From NCBI GenBank assembly GCA_002633005.1, contig NMRA01000448.1:124001-188000 (forward strand): a DNA stretch of 64,000 nucleotides, in the 5' to 3' direction. Source of the DNA: Phoronis australis (lineage: Eukaryota; Animalia; Phoronida). Position numbers and translations under genes: made by a program. Below the pieces are notes generated by a model that saw only the letters and a list, made by a program, of their open reading frames with translations, searched no databases and was not told where the DNA came from. Positions 13,026 through 55,300 of the stretch are shown in pieces (position 1 is the stretch's first letter; the number at the start of each line of letters is the position of its first letter).

Positions 13026-16000
13026 TCTCTTGGTTTTCAGTTTAAACAGTTCCACAAGATTACCGTGGGGTGTGCAAAAGGAATCGTCTATTACCGTGCA
13101 CTGTGATAGCGCCACAAGCTGTGCAACAGAACAGACGGTCCCCACTCTTAGTCTGATCCAGAAATCTCGTACTTTTGATGGCCGAAAAGTTCTATGTAAT
13201 ATATTCCGCGCCTTGTTAAGTTCTCCGCACAAATTATGTGGTATGTTCAATTAATTCATATTGTCAATTAAATGCGAGCCATTTCGTGGAAGGTTAATAA
13301 TAGATACTTTAAGGCCGGCAGTGAATATCCAACAATCCATTACCACGAAAGTTCATCGACGGATTACAGAAATTTGGAAGAAATTGTCCAGCAAGGCATG
13401 GATCCACCATCGTGAAATATTTCATCCATGTCTACGACAATCAACATAGTAAATATCATTTTAAGTATCTGTGCTGTGTTATGATGGAAGTAGTTGTCAG
13501 TAGTCGTCAATAAATGGACCAGGGCAGGATGCCTCCTGGAAATTGTTGAACATAATTTGTTTTTGGTGAATGCTCATAAGGGAGAGCCGAGCAAACAACC
13601 AGCCTAATCGAATATTGGCGTAAGGTAAACCGTACATTTGTACACATATTCATGAACTGTATAATACTTTAATCCCTAGCCTATAGTATTTGTCAATGGT
13701 CGTACGCCAAGATGTCTATCCAATATAATACTGACATGTACTAGAAAGAATGTTGACGTACTGAACCGTAAAGACGTCGATAAAGTGCGTCACTTCTAGA
13801 ACTTGAAACTCGACTTACCATGTAACCGGTATACACATTTTTGAATTTACTCTTGTTTATCTTCAGTTTCCCAGCTTATCTTAAAACTGTGAGAACTTGA
13901 AAACGTGGTAGCACGTCTTTGTTCGTACTAAACTGGTTCATATTTTAAGCACTGTTAAGCCACAGGTACATTCCGTATGTACCCACACGACAAGACGTGT
14001 CACAAGCCCGCGTTCGACAAATGATATCACTCGATAATCATTCGTGTCTTTGATTATATACATCATAAAGGTATTCTTATATAACGGGACTATTTGTAAA
14101 TAACGTAGAGTAAAATGTAAACAGTGCTTAAAAAGAACCTGTCAAAACCACTCACCGTACACATCTCATACATTCTCTGTTTTAGAGTTGAATCATCACA
14201 AAGCAGTAGTTTTCATTGAGGGGTAATTCAATAGGCACTCAGACCCCCTTCAGCAGAGCGTGTACGCCAGCGGCTATACTCCTATATTCCTCAAGAATAC
14301 GCGTGATAATCGCTGTCAACGCAAAATACATGCACCGCTATCCTCAGAAAACAAAATATTTAAAAACAAGATTACATCAATGAGTACCTGTATAAAACGA
14401 TTATTGAGGAGTGATAATAAACAACCTGCTAATTCTAATTTATTGCCTCTTATCAAAAACAAACCCTGTTATGTTCCGGAGTTCAAGGATATAACTCGTC
14501 ACCGGCATGGCAAAACATCTTTGTCTTCTTCGTTTTGGAGTCCTGCCAAGTTCTTTCAAGATATTTTCCAACTGGTTAGTTTTTTTGAAATATGCGATGC
14601 CACCATCGATAAAATTGGCACCAGAATTTCGTCGCGTTCGTAGGTGCCGTACCATGCTCGTGGCCTACCATTCAGAACGTTATCATGAGGTCATTTACTG
14701 GAGATTTGGCATCTTAGAAAAAAATAACATTTTTAAATGTTATACGTCTGAAAAGACGCCTATCGCGTAAGCACGGTTAGCCTTGTAGATTGCTTGCTTA
14801 TCAATCTCGTTGAACTTGAAATTAACCTGCTTAGTTATATTAAAACACATTTCAATATCATAAATTATTCTGACGATTGCAAGATCGGAAGTGCAGTTTG
14901 TAGACATGTTTTAATAAACGTCCTTTGTTTCTTTTTCTCTGTAAAAGAAATTAGCTAAGCCGTAGTTCGTGTTCCCTCGAAAAAAGTACAATGCATGCTG
15001 TTTTAAATTTGAGCAAGGAATACACGCTTTTGTCTACGGCAATGAATGCATGGAGGTCTCCTGGGAATGTCAGCAATGATTACTCCTCGGATCGACTTCA
15101 CCACGGAGCAGACTTAGAATTCCTAGGAAGTACTTCTTGAAGTGCGCATATTAGAGTAAAACTAGCCAAATCTGCACAAAGTTTATGTTTTACCAACACG
15201 CCAGTCTTAATCGACTTTAATTGATTTGCTTGGTAAACATTTAGGTCAGTTTGAAAGCAGTGTTAATTTTCACGCTCCCTATCAAAGCAGTCTCATGGAG
15301 AAAATGTACGAGTGTGGACGCAACTCATAAGTCGAAGATTTCATGACCAGACAACTGTGCGCGAATCACTAGCTGCACTTGAAGGGACTACGCCGGTGGC
15401 TGACATCTGGTTGGTCTATAACCCTGAAGCTGTCATCGAGAACCAATCAGTTGTTTTAGCCGGTTGACCCGGTTCCGCCGAATGGGGATACCCTTCGTTG
15501 TTGTCAGTCGTACCAAAATTTTTATGTGGCCAAGACTTTGATTGTCAATGGCAGTCAAGGATTATCAGTCATATTTACTTTGCGTTTGTTACTTGGACTT
15601 GACAATGGTATGCGTTGTTAAGGTGAACATGGCCTCAACTACGTTTGGCGGCGCTAATACTTTAGTTAATCCAAAAAAGAAAAACAGACCTAACATTTTA
15701 TCTTAGCCAATGATTAATTGGACTTCAGTATTCGTTAGCAACCTCGCCTAGAGGGATAGAATTAGTGATTTATAGCCAATCGTTTCAGGGCAGAATGAAG
15801 CATATTCATCAAATTACTTTTCATGTGCAATTATATTCTAAATTCTAAACTGTTTGTTTACAATTAACGTAAGCTCGCCTTCCGTAACACCTTTTCGATT
15901 TAGACGACTTTCCGTTGTGAAATTGTTTTCCCCTGTCAAATCGGAGATGATTTTGGTGCTTCGAAAGAACTGATAAAAATAACCCTCAGTTAAGACTAAA

Positions 16001-16599
16001 GCTTCCATTTCTCCTAAGTTGTTCGATCTCATAATGTTCCTTACAGAGACAGTATTCTATTTACATTACCAAAAAAACGCTTCAAATTTTAATTTGGTCT
16101 TGGCCTACCTTAAAATTGCGGATTCCAAAAGAAAATGACGCACGTGCCCATTGCCATGCAGTGACTTGAGTTGCCCATTACGCAATTAGGCCTAGTGACT
16201 TCAGGTCAACTTCGGGGCACGATCCACCATGGCCGGTAAACTCATTTTTGACTTGTTGGTTGTCTTGCGTCCAAATTATTGTTTTCATAGCTAGTAATTC
16301 GAAAAGGCACATTTCAAAAGAAAGGACCCAAATGCCCAATACTGACTCAGTCAAATCCGATACACTTGATTTGGTTTCCCGTTGACTGCCGGTAGAGAAC
16401 GCTGCCTGTGCCATGCCTAGTCTCGTGCACAGACCTTCACAAGCTATCCGTGACGTTAGTTTGTGAGGCTCGGGAACTGTGCCCGGTTGCACGAAACAGT
16501 CCCAACTTAGGGACTCAGCTCAGTGGCAGATCTAGGATATCACAATGGGGGGCAACATTTTGTCCGGCTGTAAACATTTGCGCAAACTGAACCACGATT

Positions 16600-17027
16600 G
16601 TAGATGCGCATAGCACCGAATGGGGGGAGGTCGGGAGGGGGGTTTGCCCCCCTCCCGCCCAGGAAATTTTTCTGTTTTGACCTCTAAAAATCAAGTATTT
16701 TCCTTGATTCCTGAAGTATTAACCAAGAAAAAAAAAACACGGAGAACGTGTCAAACAGGAAAAACTGCAAGTACCAAAGACTCGAACTCACGACCTTGCG
16801 CATATTGCGCATGCGTTACCACTACACCACCACGATTTAGCTACTAATCTCATACTAAGAGACCTACTTGTTTATGGTCCACAGCGTTTGCGCGCGAAAC
16901 CTACTTCTTTTTGTAATGCTTATTACACGTTTTGTGCCATCGATTCTTAACAAATTTGTCGTATTTAAAATAGTCTTAAAATGCCCAAAAGACCAAATCC
17001 GTTATTCGTGTTGGCAATAATGACCGG
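16600..17027. mobile_element. Repeat fragment with GC-rich hairpin and tRNA-like A/B boxes, cut by gap N at 17028
   Basis: Hairpin cgggagggggg-tttg-cccccctcccg at about 16632-16657; minus-strand TGGTGTAGTGG (16829-16819) and GAGTTCGAGTC (16789-16779) at tRNA-like spacing. Confidence 0.45.
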
Positions 17028-17284
17028 NTCCACCATTTACATACTGAATTTTGTCCGTCAATAATAAAAATCATTTATACAATAAAACAACATTACATCG
17101 AATAAATGCCACTGGCATCTGCCCAAAGCCTCGCTTTGATTTAGCTGGGTCACGTGATATCCTTTCTGTACACGTCGGCCATCGGGATCACCGGTATCCC
17201 AAATTGGTCGGAGTTTTTTTGGTAGTTTTGACCCCTGTAACTGTTGCGGACCCGGCATTTTCTTGATCACGGCTTTTGGACAAG

Positions 17285-29239
<11,955 letters not shown>

Positions 29240-29723
29240 GCGGCGTCTCCAACGCCTGTGTACAGACTTGAATACTCTGTGACACACCGTCACATTAGTG
29301 GAACAGTAATCATTAGGTTATAGGGAATGGACGAACTGAGAAGAGGACAACAGTCTTGGATGATTACACCGAGCAATCCTGGAATTATAATTTATGACGT
29401 ATCTACGTTAAAACCTAATGTTAACTCGACTTGTACATTAATATTCAGCGTAGCTGCAAATTCTGCAGAGTTGTTTCCTAGGAATAGTTAAAATGAAATC
29501 GCACGAATGTTGGCTTGAACATTTATGAACAAGCAGGTGTTGTTTTATCATGACCCTTGAACATAGAATTTATTATTGTAGCTATGGAGTGACCATAGTG
29601 TCTTTGTTCTCATTTTACATTCTCAAACCATTTTAAGAGAGTTGTAAGAAACATCAACACCCACCACTTATTTTTTATCCCGTCATATTGCTGCGCTGCC
29701 GTAGTGCAGGTTGTAAAAAAAAT

Positions 29724-29729
29724 AATAAA
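29724..29729 (+). promoter_or_regulatory. Candidate polyadenylation signal of SEC61A
   Basis: AATAAA about 485 nt after the stop codon, followed by T-rich sequence; a second AATAAA at 29792. Confidence 0.4.
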
Positions 29730-31095
29730 CTCTCGAAACAAAATTACTTTTTTATTTTGACATTTCCCACCCACCAGTCCTTAGAAGCTGTAATAAACCT
29801 GCCGTGTTTGTGTCAAAATAATAACTTTTGATTTACACTACTTGCAGTTCTAAAATTTGTCTCATTGTGTTCCTCGATCCAGAGCTTGGAAAGGACTGAC
29901 CAGGCTCAACACTTTGGCTTGTCACTGTGTCATTTTAACCATGTTCTCCAGCAGTAACTGTCAGTTGTTTCCAAGCTCTAGTGGAGGAATATGGCCAATT
30001 AAAAACGAGAGTTAATTTTTGACTGAACAAATGTTCAGGAACAATAATCTTCGCTCTTCAAGGTTCATACTAACCACATTGGTATGGCTTCAGCAGGCTC
30101 AGTCATACATGCTATCGAACCAGTTTGTGACAACACAAATTTTCAAATAGTTGTTTACTCATCTCAGTGGTTCATGAAACCTGCACGAAACACGAAATAA
30201 ACGGTACTTTTCACGTACATACGCTTGCCTTGTTGATTTCTTCTCGCAGAATACAAGTTTTCAAGTCTCAGTACCTCATTCGCCGAATTGTGGTTATTTC
30301 TGTTTTCACCACGAGTCCTCCTGTACTTGGGGAGAGGTCATTTACTACATTAGCCAGGACTGGCATGGTAACTTATGGCCATCAACTGGAGGACAACATG
30401 TATTTTCGTGTCAACCTTTTCTCAATTGTAACAAGTCGGCTATTCAGTACTAAAAGTTTCAATTATCTTGTGGGGTGCATCCAGGGGGGGAACTCATGCT
30501 GACAAAGAATTAGCAGACCCGCCACCCGCAAAAGGGGTTCTCTCGGCAATTTTTGGTACACAGACACCTTGTCAATATTAATGACCCCTCAGTGCATCGC
30601 ACAAAAAACCCTGATGTCTGTGGTGAATTTCACATAAATGCTCTGTTTAGTTAGTCATTGAAATAGCCATGAACCGTGTTGACGAATGAGGAGCTGTGTT
30701 CCCGAGTGCATGAGCTGTGTAGTCTAAGTAACAAAAAAAAAACTTGTTTGCAAAATAAAATTTACTTATTATACAAAATCCATTCTATTCTTTCAAACTG
30801 GTTGACACTTCGATAGATTAAAATGTCAGTGCTGTTTGCAATTACAAGCTAAGGACGATCCTTTCACTGGAACATTTATCAATTATGGCAATGTCCTTGG
30901 AATTTTTCAGTCATGAAGACAGGTAGGAAACTATAAGAACTAGGCACATCGTTTTCTCACACCCAACTATTCCCAACTTCCCAGAGTCATCCAGAAAATA
31001 CTGAATTTGTCGCTGGAAATGTCCAAGAACTTAACTCGGCAAAATACAGTGAATGAACGTAAAACAAAAATATAAAAAATGACATTTGCATAGGA

Positions 31096-44116
<13,021 letters not shown>

Positions 44117-45018
44117 CTAATATGGGAATCGATTACAGGCCGCGGTTTAATATTTGAAAAATTCTGTGATTTATTTCATTTTTTTATTCTTTTGAGACAT
44201 TAATATAAAGAAAAGAGTACTTTGTTATTAATAAAATATCCTAAAAAGGAATTCAGTAAATGTTTTCTCTAAGAAACTGTGTCTCTCAATCACTGTTTCT
44301 TAAACAAGTCAATCGTTTTTCAACGAAGTTACAACTTTGTTGTAAATTTAACGTATCCTTCGCACATCTTCCAAAGTCAAAGAATCATAAAAACAGTTTC
44401 ATATGTATTTACGTGGCCTTAAATGTGATCATCGAGATAACTTCATTGTTGCCCTGGAGACATTGTTTGGCGGCCATCTTGGATTTTATAAGAGATTATT
44501 CATTGATTATCACGATTATATCGGTCGAGTTTCTGTTTATCCTTACCGATGTGTGAGAAGGTAATGTGAGACTGACAGAAAGGCGACATAAGTTCATTGT
44601 GCTGATATCTGTGGTCAGGTTGAATCTTTTATTGCACTGGAAAATCTGTTTGTGTAAACAGCTATCCTAAATTTTTGCAAAGGAATGCAAAGGCAATCAG
44701 CGAAATTGAAACAATTTCTTATGCTGCTAAGCTAAGGGCTGTGTGGGCAAGCAGGAATATATTATATGGCATTGCTTCAACTGATTTTTGCTGAAGATCT
44801 ACAGAATTTAAATGAAGCAAAAGTCACTATATGAAGAGGTCAAGAAATTGGTTTATAACTCCTATCATCGTGGTGTTGATCAGTCTTTGGACTAGACAGT
44901 GACCACCATCTCTAGCTAGCTGGTTAATAGAGACAGTGTAGGTCTTATAGGCGCTTCATTCACCATAAACGTTTCGGCAAATTATGTGTCACACCGACTA
45001 AAACATTAAAGTCNGCTA

Positions 45019-47850
<2,832 letters not shown>

Positions 47851-48304
47851 GTAATGTGAGACTGACAGAAAGGCGACATAAGTTCATTGTGCTGATATCT
47901 GTGGTCAGGTTGAATATTTTACTGCACTGGAAAATCCGTTTGTGTAAACAGCTATCCTAAATTTTTGCAAAGGAATGCAATCAACGAAATTGAAACAATT
48001 TCTTATGCTGCTAAGCTAAGGGCTGTGTGGGCAAGCAGGAATATATTATATGGCATTGCTTCAACTGATTTTTGCGGAAGATCTACAGAATTTAAATGAA
48101 GCAAAAGTCACTATGTGAAGAGGTCAAGAAATTGGTTTGTAACTCCTATCATCGTGGTGTTGATCAGTCTTTGGACTAGACAGTGACCACCATCTCTAGC
48201 TAGGTGGTTAATAGAGACAGTGTAGGTCTTATAGGCGCTTCACTCACCATAAACGTTTCGGCAAATTATGTGTCACACCGACTAAAACATTAAAGTCACA
48301 TGTG

Positions 48305-48844
48305 TATAGTAATAGCCGAGATTACCCGACCCGGGGATCAAACCCGCGACCCCCATAAAACCGGCAAGCGTGCTAACCATTCAGCTAATAGGCAATTGCT
48401 CGTTAGCGAGTAGCTAACAGAGGCTCATATAATTCACCGGAAGCACATCTACAACATTCCCCCCTTTCCTACGGAACGTGCACGCGACAGGAAGGTGAAC
48501 ACCAGGATGTCTCGCATACAGGTCATCGACGTCCCTTGGTACCTTTACCACCACAACACAGGTGAACACAAGGTTGTCTCTTATACACAGGTCCTTGACT
48601 CCTGGAACCTTCCACGCACGCTGTCCCGAGGTCCGTGGGTACTAGTTGGCAGTGCTTCATCGGTAGATCATCCGTTTGCTGACTACGCCATTTGTAGTAA
48701 TAGCCGAGATTACCCAACCCGGGGATCGAACCCGCGACCCCCATAAAACCGGCAAGCGTGCTAACCATTCAGCTAATAGGCAATTGCCCGTTATCGAGTA
48801 GCTAACAGAGGCTCATATAATTCACCGGAAGCACATCTACAACA
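48305..48844 (-). mobile_element. TRIM (miniature non-autonomous LTR retrotransposon) with tRNA-like sequence in its LTRs, Helenus-like
   Basis: Two 152-bp direct repeats (48305-48456, 48693-48844) with TGT...ACA termini (one end mutated); PBS TGGCGTAGTCAGCA 2 nt after the 5' LTR; PPT AGGAAAGGGGGGAA abutting the 3' LTR; flanks tgtg/cgtg; A box TAGCTGAATGG and B box GGTTCGATCCC within the LTR. Confidence 0.88.
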
Positions 48845-49524
48845 CGTGCGTAGAGGGATACTTTGAGGTAGTCCATGTCTTTAATCACTTCCAACTCGAA
48901 CAATACTCCCGTTATCAAACTTTTTCTTGGAGCAGTCCTTCGTTTAGTTCCCAAAATTGGTAACTCCCCATTTTTACACGACGCACGTCAGGGGATATGA
49001 CGTCATACCACCTACCAATCACGCTCAGGATCACGGCGCCACTATATCGTGTGCGCTGTTCCACCTCAGGGATCCGAGGTCCGTTACTTCAATCCGCTGA
49101 CGTATATTTGAACTGCTTGAAGTTCGACGTCAGTGTAGCTCCGTAAGGGTAAAATCGGTCCTTCGTGCAGTAAGCACCAACTTCTGACTTTTCATAAATT
49201 TTGATTTTAACCGCCCATGCTTGGCTTACTGCCCACCCCGTGTTTTAAGATTCCCTATTTAAGTGCCCTGGGCGGTAATGCGGACAAGTACGGTAGAACC
49301 TCGTCAGTGCCTCAAAAAATAATTGCCAAAATTATAATAAATTTTCAGTGCCTTCTAATGTTGTTTCTGAATGCTCATATTTTTTTTTTAAATTGTCTGT
49401 TATTAGGTATGGTACTGAAGTTGAGAATTTTCAGAATTTCATAGTGACAGTTTACCTCATCTTTTATGGAACAAAAATTTTGCTCGTCTGCTATAACATT
49501 AAATCATTTTTTCAGTGACCAACT

Positions 49525-49713
49525 ATGAGTGGAAACAGAGATACTCTGGACCCTAATGATTTAGGGGAGCGAGAGGAAGGGGATGGGGCCACAGATCCTG
49601 AATCTCATGTTGAGTACCAGCCCCCTCTGTCAGCTGTACCCCCACGCGTTGTCTTGCATGAAGAGAGTCAAGTAGAAGTGTCTGCTAGTCCAGCATTTCA
49701 GTGTTTGGATGAC
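49525..49713 (+). CDS. CCDC146: Coiled-coil domain-containing protein 146 (MBO2 family), first coding exon
   Basis: Acceptor ttttttcag at 49515, ATG at 49525, phase-0 donor GAC|GTAAGT. AVPPRVVLHEESQVEVSASPAFQCLDD resembles recalled human AIVPTINIQDERFVDLSETPAFIFLHE. Confidence 0.85.
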
Positions 49714-52393
49714 GTAAGTATTTGACTTGTAGATTGCTTGTGTGAGCACATTCATCCAGTTAAGATCTCGAATCTACACTCGATATGTAACTCGAAAATT
49801 GACCATCACATGGTGTTATTTGAAAGTTTACTCAAAGCACGCCATGCGATTGGTCAATTTTCAAGTCTTGAGTGAAGTTTGGTGGTCTCGGGCCCTGATC
49901 TAAAATTTTTGCAGTCGAAAATTTGTTTTATTGTGGTAAAATATTTTAGTTTTGATTCTGTTTAAACCAAGATGTAAGGATATCAATAACCAAAGGACTT
50001 TCAAGTCAAGAAAAGAAGTTGTCTTGTTGTGTGAAAAGAACCCCAGATTAAAAAAACGATGTCATGATTGAGTTTGTATATTACAAGGCCTAAACATAAT
50101 ATAATTTTTGTAAAATCAAACCTGTCTACATAACTCTAATATATATCAAACAATTTTATAAGTAAATAACAATTGAATTAAATATACTTGTTGATAAAAT
50201 CATAAACATTTTCATGCAATAGCATTTTAGAAATTAATATCATTTTAAAGATATTTCAAGGCTTATTCACAAAATTGGCCGTTTTTGTAATACTTCATGT
50301 ATGTCTTGCAAAATACTTTATCTTCATTCTCGGGAAACTTCAAGTACGAAATAAGTACCGCGTAGTGAGAAAAAAACATTTAGCAGAACCACCTCTGGCT
50401 TTCAATGGCATAGAAATTTGTTTACTTCGTTTCCAAGGTCAAAGGTTACAGAGCTGTCACTCAAATCGAATCTCCCGCTTAGCTTATACACTTTCCTACA
50501 ATTCATAGTCCTTTCATTCACGGAGACGCCATAAGATTGAGTTAACGAGGTGTACATAGCATGGAAAGAATCGCCATGGAAAACAAAGGCAAAACATATT
50601 TTTAACCCGAGTGAGTTGCACGTCTTCTTGTATTCGACCATTGATAACATCAGGAAGTATGCACCGAGTCACTGCGCGGATTCTGGCACATCACACAGCA
50701 AATTGCGAAAAAAGATAAATTCTCACCCAAACTCATTCATTTCACTGGTAATCTGTCGTTTCGCTGTTTCAATCTTGTGTTCACGGCGCGCTTTATCCAC
50801 AGATACTGGTTTGTACTCTATATTTCGTACTTGGATTCTTTCAGTCTCCATGGCGCGTGCTTCAGTACTAGTACTGTTGACCTGTTTTAATAGGTCAAGA
50901 GGTCAACTCCTCCCTTAACCAGGTTTCACTCAATCATTGTTAACCAACTTCCCAAAATTAGTGATAATTAGGTTAATTACGCACAGCCAATTCAGACTGA
51001 CATCATGAGTTAATGTTCAGAGAGCTAACAAGGTAATAGCGTATAGGTTATATTGACCAAAATCAAGTTTTCACCTAATAAATAGTCGGAAACCTTCAGT
51101 TTTTACTACTCGTTACATTTCCGGCTTTTCTCGGCTTTGGCAAATCGACTTGATTTGACCTAAAGGAACACAAGTTCTCAAATACAGCTTTGTGGATTTC
51201 ACTGAAACTTTCCAAACTTGATATTTATTCATCAATCTCAAAAACCCTATTGGGATTTTTGATACAAAGGCCTCATTTTCATGTAATGTAACACAGACAA
51301 ATACGACTGCTACTTTTTACAAACATACCTTACGTTTTGCAAGTTGATTTGTCATAGAAACCAAACTAAGAGACTAATTGAAAATTTCTAGCAGTGTTTT
51401 TGATTAAGTAATTGATGAAGTTTTCATTTATAAATGGTTTCATTAAAATTGACCTTTGTGTTATTTTGCTATGAAACCTTTATTAAAAATGAAATTTTAA
51501 ATTAAAAAGGGGGTTAATGTAAAAATAATAATGAGACATAAAAATAAAATATATTTTTATAATACTTGATCGTTGTATATACTTTTACTAGTTGACAAAG
51601 TATACAAGTTACAATGGAGGTCACTAGGTTTGAGATAACCTTAACTAAATGCTGGCCAGCCTGAACTAAACATTTAGAAACAAAATGCACCATTTGCTCT
51701 GCATTGTTTTGCAAATTAGGTTGTCACTAGTAAGATTACAAGATTTGTCTTTGCATTATAAAATCTGTTCCAGTCTTATAGGTAATTCACACTTATAGTA
51801 GCAACTTTTAAACCAATAGGTGGTATTTATTATGAACATAAAATGACAAAAAATTCATTCAACAAAGAAAAAAATAGCTACAATATTAAATATTAATTAG
51901 AACATACATACTGTACACTCACTGAGTCTGACACTAAGAGGCAGTCATCCTAAAAATGGACTTACATCAACTGCCTGGTGTTAAACTAAAATAGTCAAGT
52001 TGGCAGACATTTTCTGTTCAGAAATTTTTATCTTCTTTGGGAATATTGACATAGAATATTCCATTAATACACAATTTCCTTGTTAATCTGCCGTGCAAAG
52101 AGTTAAAATAGCAAAACGTTTTGTTCAGGTTGATGTCGCTCTAAACCAGTGTGTTACAATATCAACTGTGTTTCCAGAATGAAGGTGGATCCAGAGTTTC
52201 TCAATAAGTTGCTAAAGACATAATTATGCCAACATGTGATGACAGCTGTCTTGCCTTCTTCAACAAAACTAAAGGGATACGCAAATGCCCCCAAGAGTCA
52301 TCTGTACAGTTCTTGTCTATTTTGTAATGCATGTCTCTTTGTAAATATCTTCTAAAAGTCCAACTGAAGATTCCTCTCATTTGAAAATGTCTT

Positions 52394-55300
52394 CTAGAAG
52401 TTCAGTGGTCTGATCTTGATCTCTGTTTTCCTCAGTGACTCTTCTTGATACCAGGGCTGCCACATGATGCCATCGTTCTTATCACTCAAATGTATTCCTC
52501 CCTGGTAGTAGTTACCATTCAGATTAGCCACTCCACAAAATTTGAACCACCATCCACCTGAAATTATCGATAGCGTATATATGACGTGAAGCGGACAGTA
52601 AGCCTCTTTTCCATGACTTGATCCAGTTTTAAATGGGATATGCTGCTCATGTCTCATCAAAATAATGTAACTCTACCATAGTTTTTCCTAATGTTTCTTA
52701 CCCCAGCTTAGGGTATTTGGCCAAATCTGGCTCTTATGTAATCTTAGTGTAGGATTTTGGGTTTAGTCACAGTGTTGGCTAAATAGCCATGCAGCAAGAT
52801 GAGTACATTCAAAGTCGGTCAAACAACACTCGCATTAGATTTTGTTTCTCAGTTTGAAAATTTCTTGAAGTTCAGGAAATTAAAGCTCCAACTATCTTCA
52901 CAGGTTATTTGCCCAAGGTTCCAAAGTAGCATCACTGCATTTTTATTTTTTGTTTTAGCTGGACTTGGTTACAGTAATTTGCTTGTAATTCCCCAAACAT
53001 TCACACTCCCTTGGGGACTAGAACTAAACCACTTTGACAAGTAATTTAATTTGACCTCCCTGGACCATGCAATAACAACCTGTTCCAATCAGTTTTCCCA
53101 AGCCTAGAAATCATTTCTGAGTAAAGAAACAACATGTGAACGGTTTTATAACAGTCTCTAGTAGTGCCCTGAATCTAGATTTGACATGATGTAGGTTTAT
53201 TCTGCCTTTCAAGAGAAAAATTTAACTGTTCAAAACTTTTCTGACAAATTCAGTCTTATGGCTCAAATTGGGTGGTTCTAAATTGAAGAGGACTCCATAC
53301 ATCAAGCACAATGCCTGAGTACAGCAGCTATGGTTGGTGGTGCACATTCCAACACAGCTCCAACACAATACCTGCCCAGTCAGGAAAATTCGTACCTAAG
53401 ACAAATACCAGATGATAAAAAGTCTTCCTGAGACAATTCATGTTTGACCAACATCCTTTGGTCACACGTTAGATGATACCGCTAGTGAGAGAAAGTCTGA
53501 CATGATATCACAAATTAAAGTGAAACGCCAGAATTCCATCTTAGGACTAAACTTGAAAGGCATAATTGTCTTCCGGAGATGATTCCTAGAAAGTTAAAAT
53601 ACGTCCTATTGTAAGCCCCCTCCTCCCTACTGGGTTAAATCTTACCTTTTCGTTCCTCTGCACAATTCGACCCTTTCACTAAATCATTATCACTGTCGTA
53701 GGTTGAGAACTGTTGCCTATTCTGCTGCAGGTAAACATTGGCGTAATGAAAAGCGTCACCAGCCGTACCCTCGTATTGACCCACTTCAATTCGATATTTG
53801 TCAGTTTCGTTGCTGAGCTGAAACTATATTCAAGAGGTTGATCGATTTAACAATTAGCCACTCTGTTTGTTGTAAATGATTGTTGGTTTTATCAGATTAT
53901 ACTTTTTGGGCTCTCTCCCTCAACATCAAGTTACTGACATTAGCATGTATCTTTCTGTAGTTATTTGGTATTTTAGTACTAAATGTGAGACTATATACTG
54001 GGTTCCATTTAAGTGGAACCAAAAAACAGCTAGTACCTTGATGTGGTGAGAGTAAATGCAGCCGTTTTGTTCATATCTCAAGGTACGGTTCTTTGGCTCT
54101 AAAAGGATCTTAACTTAGCATTTTCAGTACTAAATGTGCTCATTATGATGCAAACATAGCATGATTTTTCATGGCCTGCATGCCCAAACTCATACACACA
54201 ACATTCTTCATATTCAACCTTTCCTTGGTTAACTTAATAATTACTTTGTTCCCTTTGTATTTTGAATTGCATAGGTGCAAGTTAACTAAAATACTTACAT
54301 CTTTGTACATTGCATATCTGTGTTTGTTGTGGAAGTCCCACATGTCAAACCTAATTTCAGTGTTCCCAAACTTGTTGAGCTGGTGAATCTTCTCCAAACC
54401 AAGCCAGAATTCTCCTTCAGGATTTCCAAATCCTTCCTGTGGAGGATAAGTCACTAAGAATTGATGAAATGTGCTGGTAATGCTTTGCGAACAGTATACA
54501 CTTAGGAACATGGGTGTTATCAAACGGTTAGCATGGGCCTTGTCTTGTGAAGTTTGCTTAATTTATTGGCATGGCAAATATGCGTCAAATTTGTATAAAA
54601 AATAGCTTGAATGCTTATTCATTGGAAAGCTGAATATTGTTTTTTATTTTGATGAGAGTATTCCATTATTGTAACGTATGAAGTTCTTTCCAGTTGAAGG
54701 CTGTAAATACAACTTGGCAGTCCAGCTTGTAGCGGGAAGCAGAAATAAAAAACATATTTAAGTGTTTGGATACTCACATGTAAATCAAAAGAGCGTATTA
54801 TTATACATTTGTGTTTTTACTCCAAATGCAAAGCAATGAAACTTACTATGCCAACACAGACATGTTTGCGCCAACTTTTGATTTAGACCATTTTCACTTT
54901 AAACTAATGTTCCTTCACTTTACAAGTGGCCTTCACATCTGGCTTGTTTGGCAAGCCATTCTGCATTAAAAAGTTGGACTTAAAGCGGGTCTAGCCAGTT
55001 ACATGAACCCGATCTCCACCAACAACGAACAGAATTAGTGGTTTGAACCAAAAATTAATTTTTTTCATTGTACAGTACGAATCACTTTAACTATAAACAA
55101 GACAACCTTTCACCTTATAATCATTCCAATCTCTTCTGAAGTTCTCAGCGCCTCCCTTACGTCTCTGTATAACTGTCCAACCGCCACCATCTGTGAACAT
55201 GTCACAGTAAGAGAAGAACTGCATCTCCTTGTCATGAGGGTTGGGCCGGATCTCATAAACACCGCTGTCCCGCAGGCCTCTGTTTCGCATCAGAGCACAG

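Noticed and set aside
12756-13250. 164-aa Asn/Tyr-rich ORF and overlapping Ile-rich ORFs
   Set aside because: Products of the ATT/AAT microsatellite.
11300-14800. Decayed coding-like stretches on the minus strand
   Set aside because: Many stops and no recognisable motif; would need a translated HMM search.
48495-48768. ORFs inside the TRIM as gag/pol
   Set aside because: About 80 aa with no retroelement motifs.
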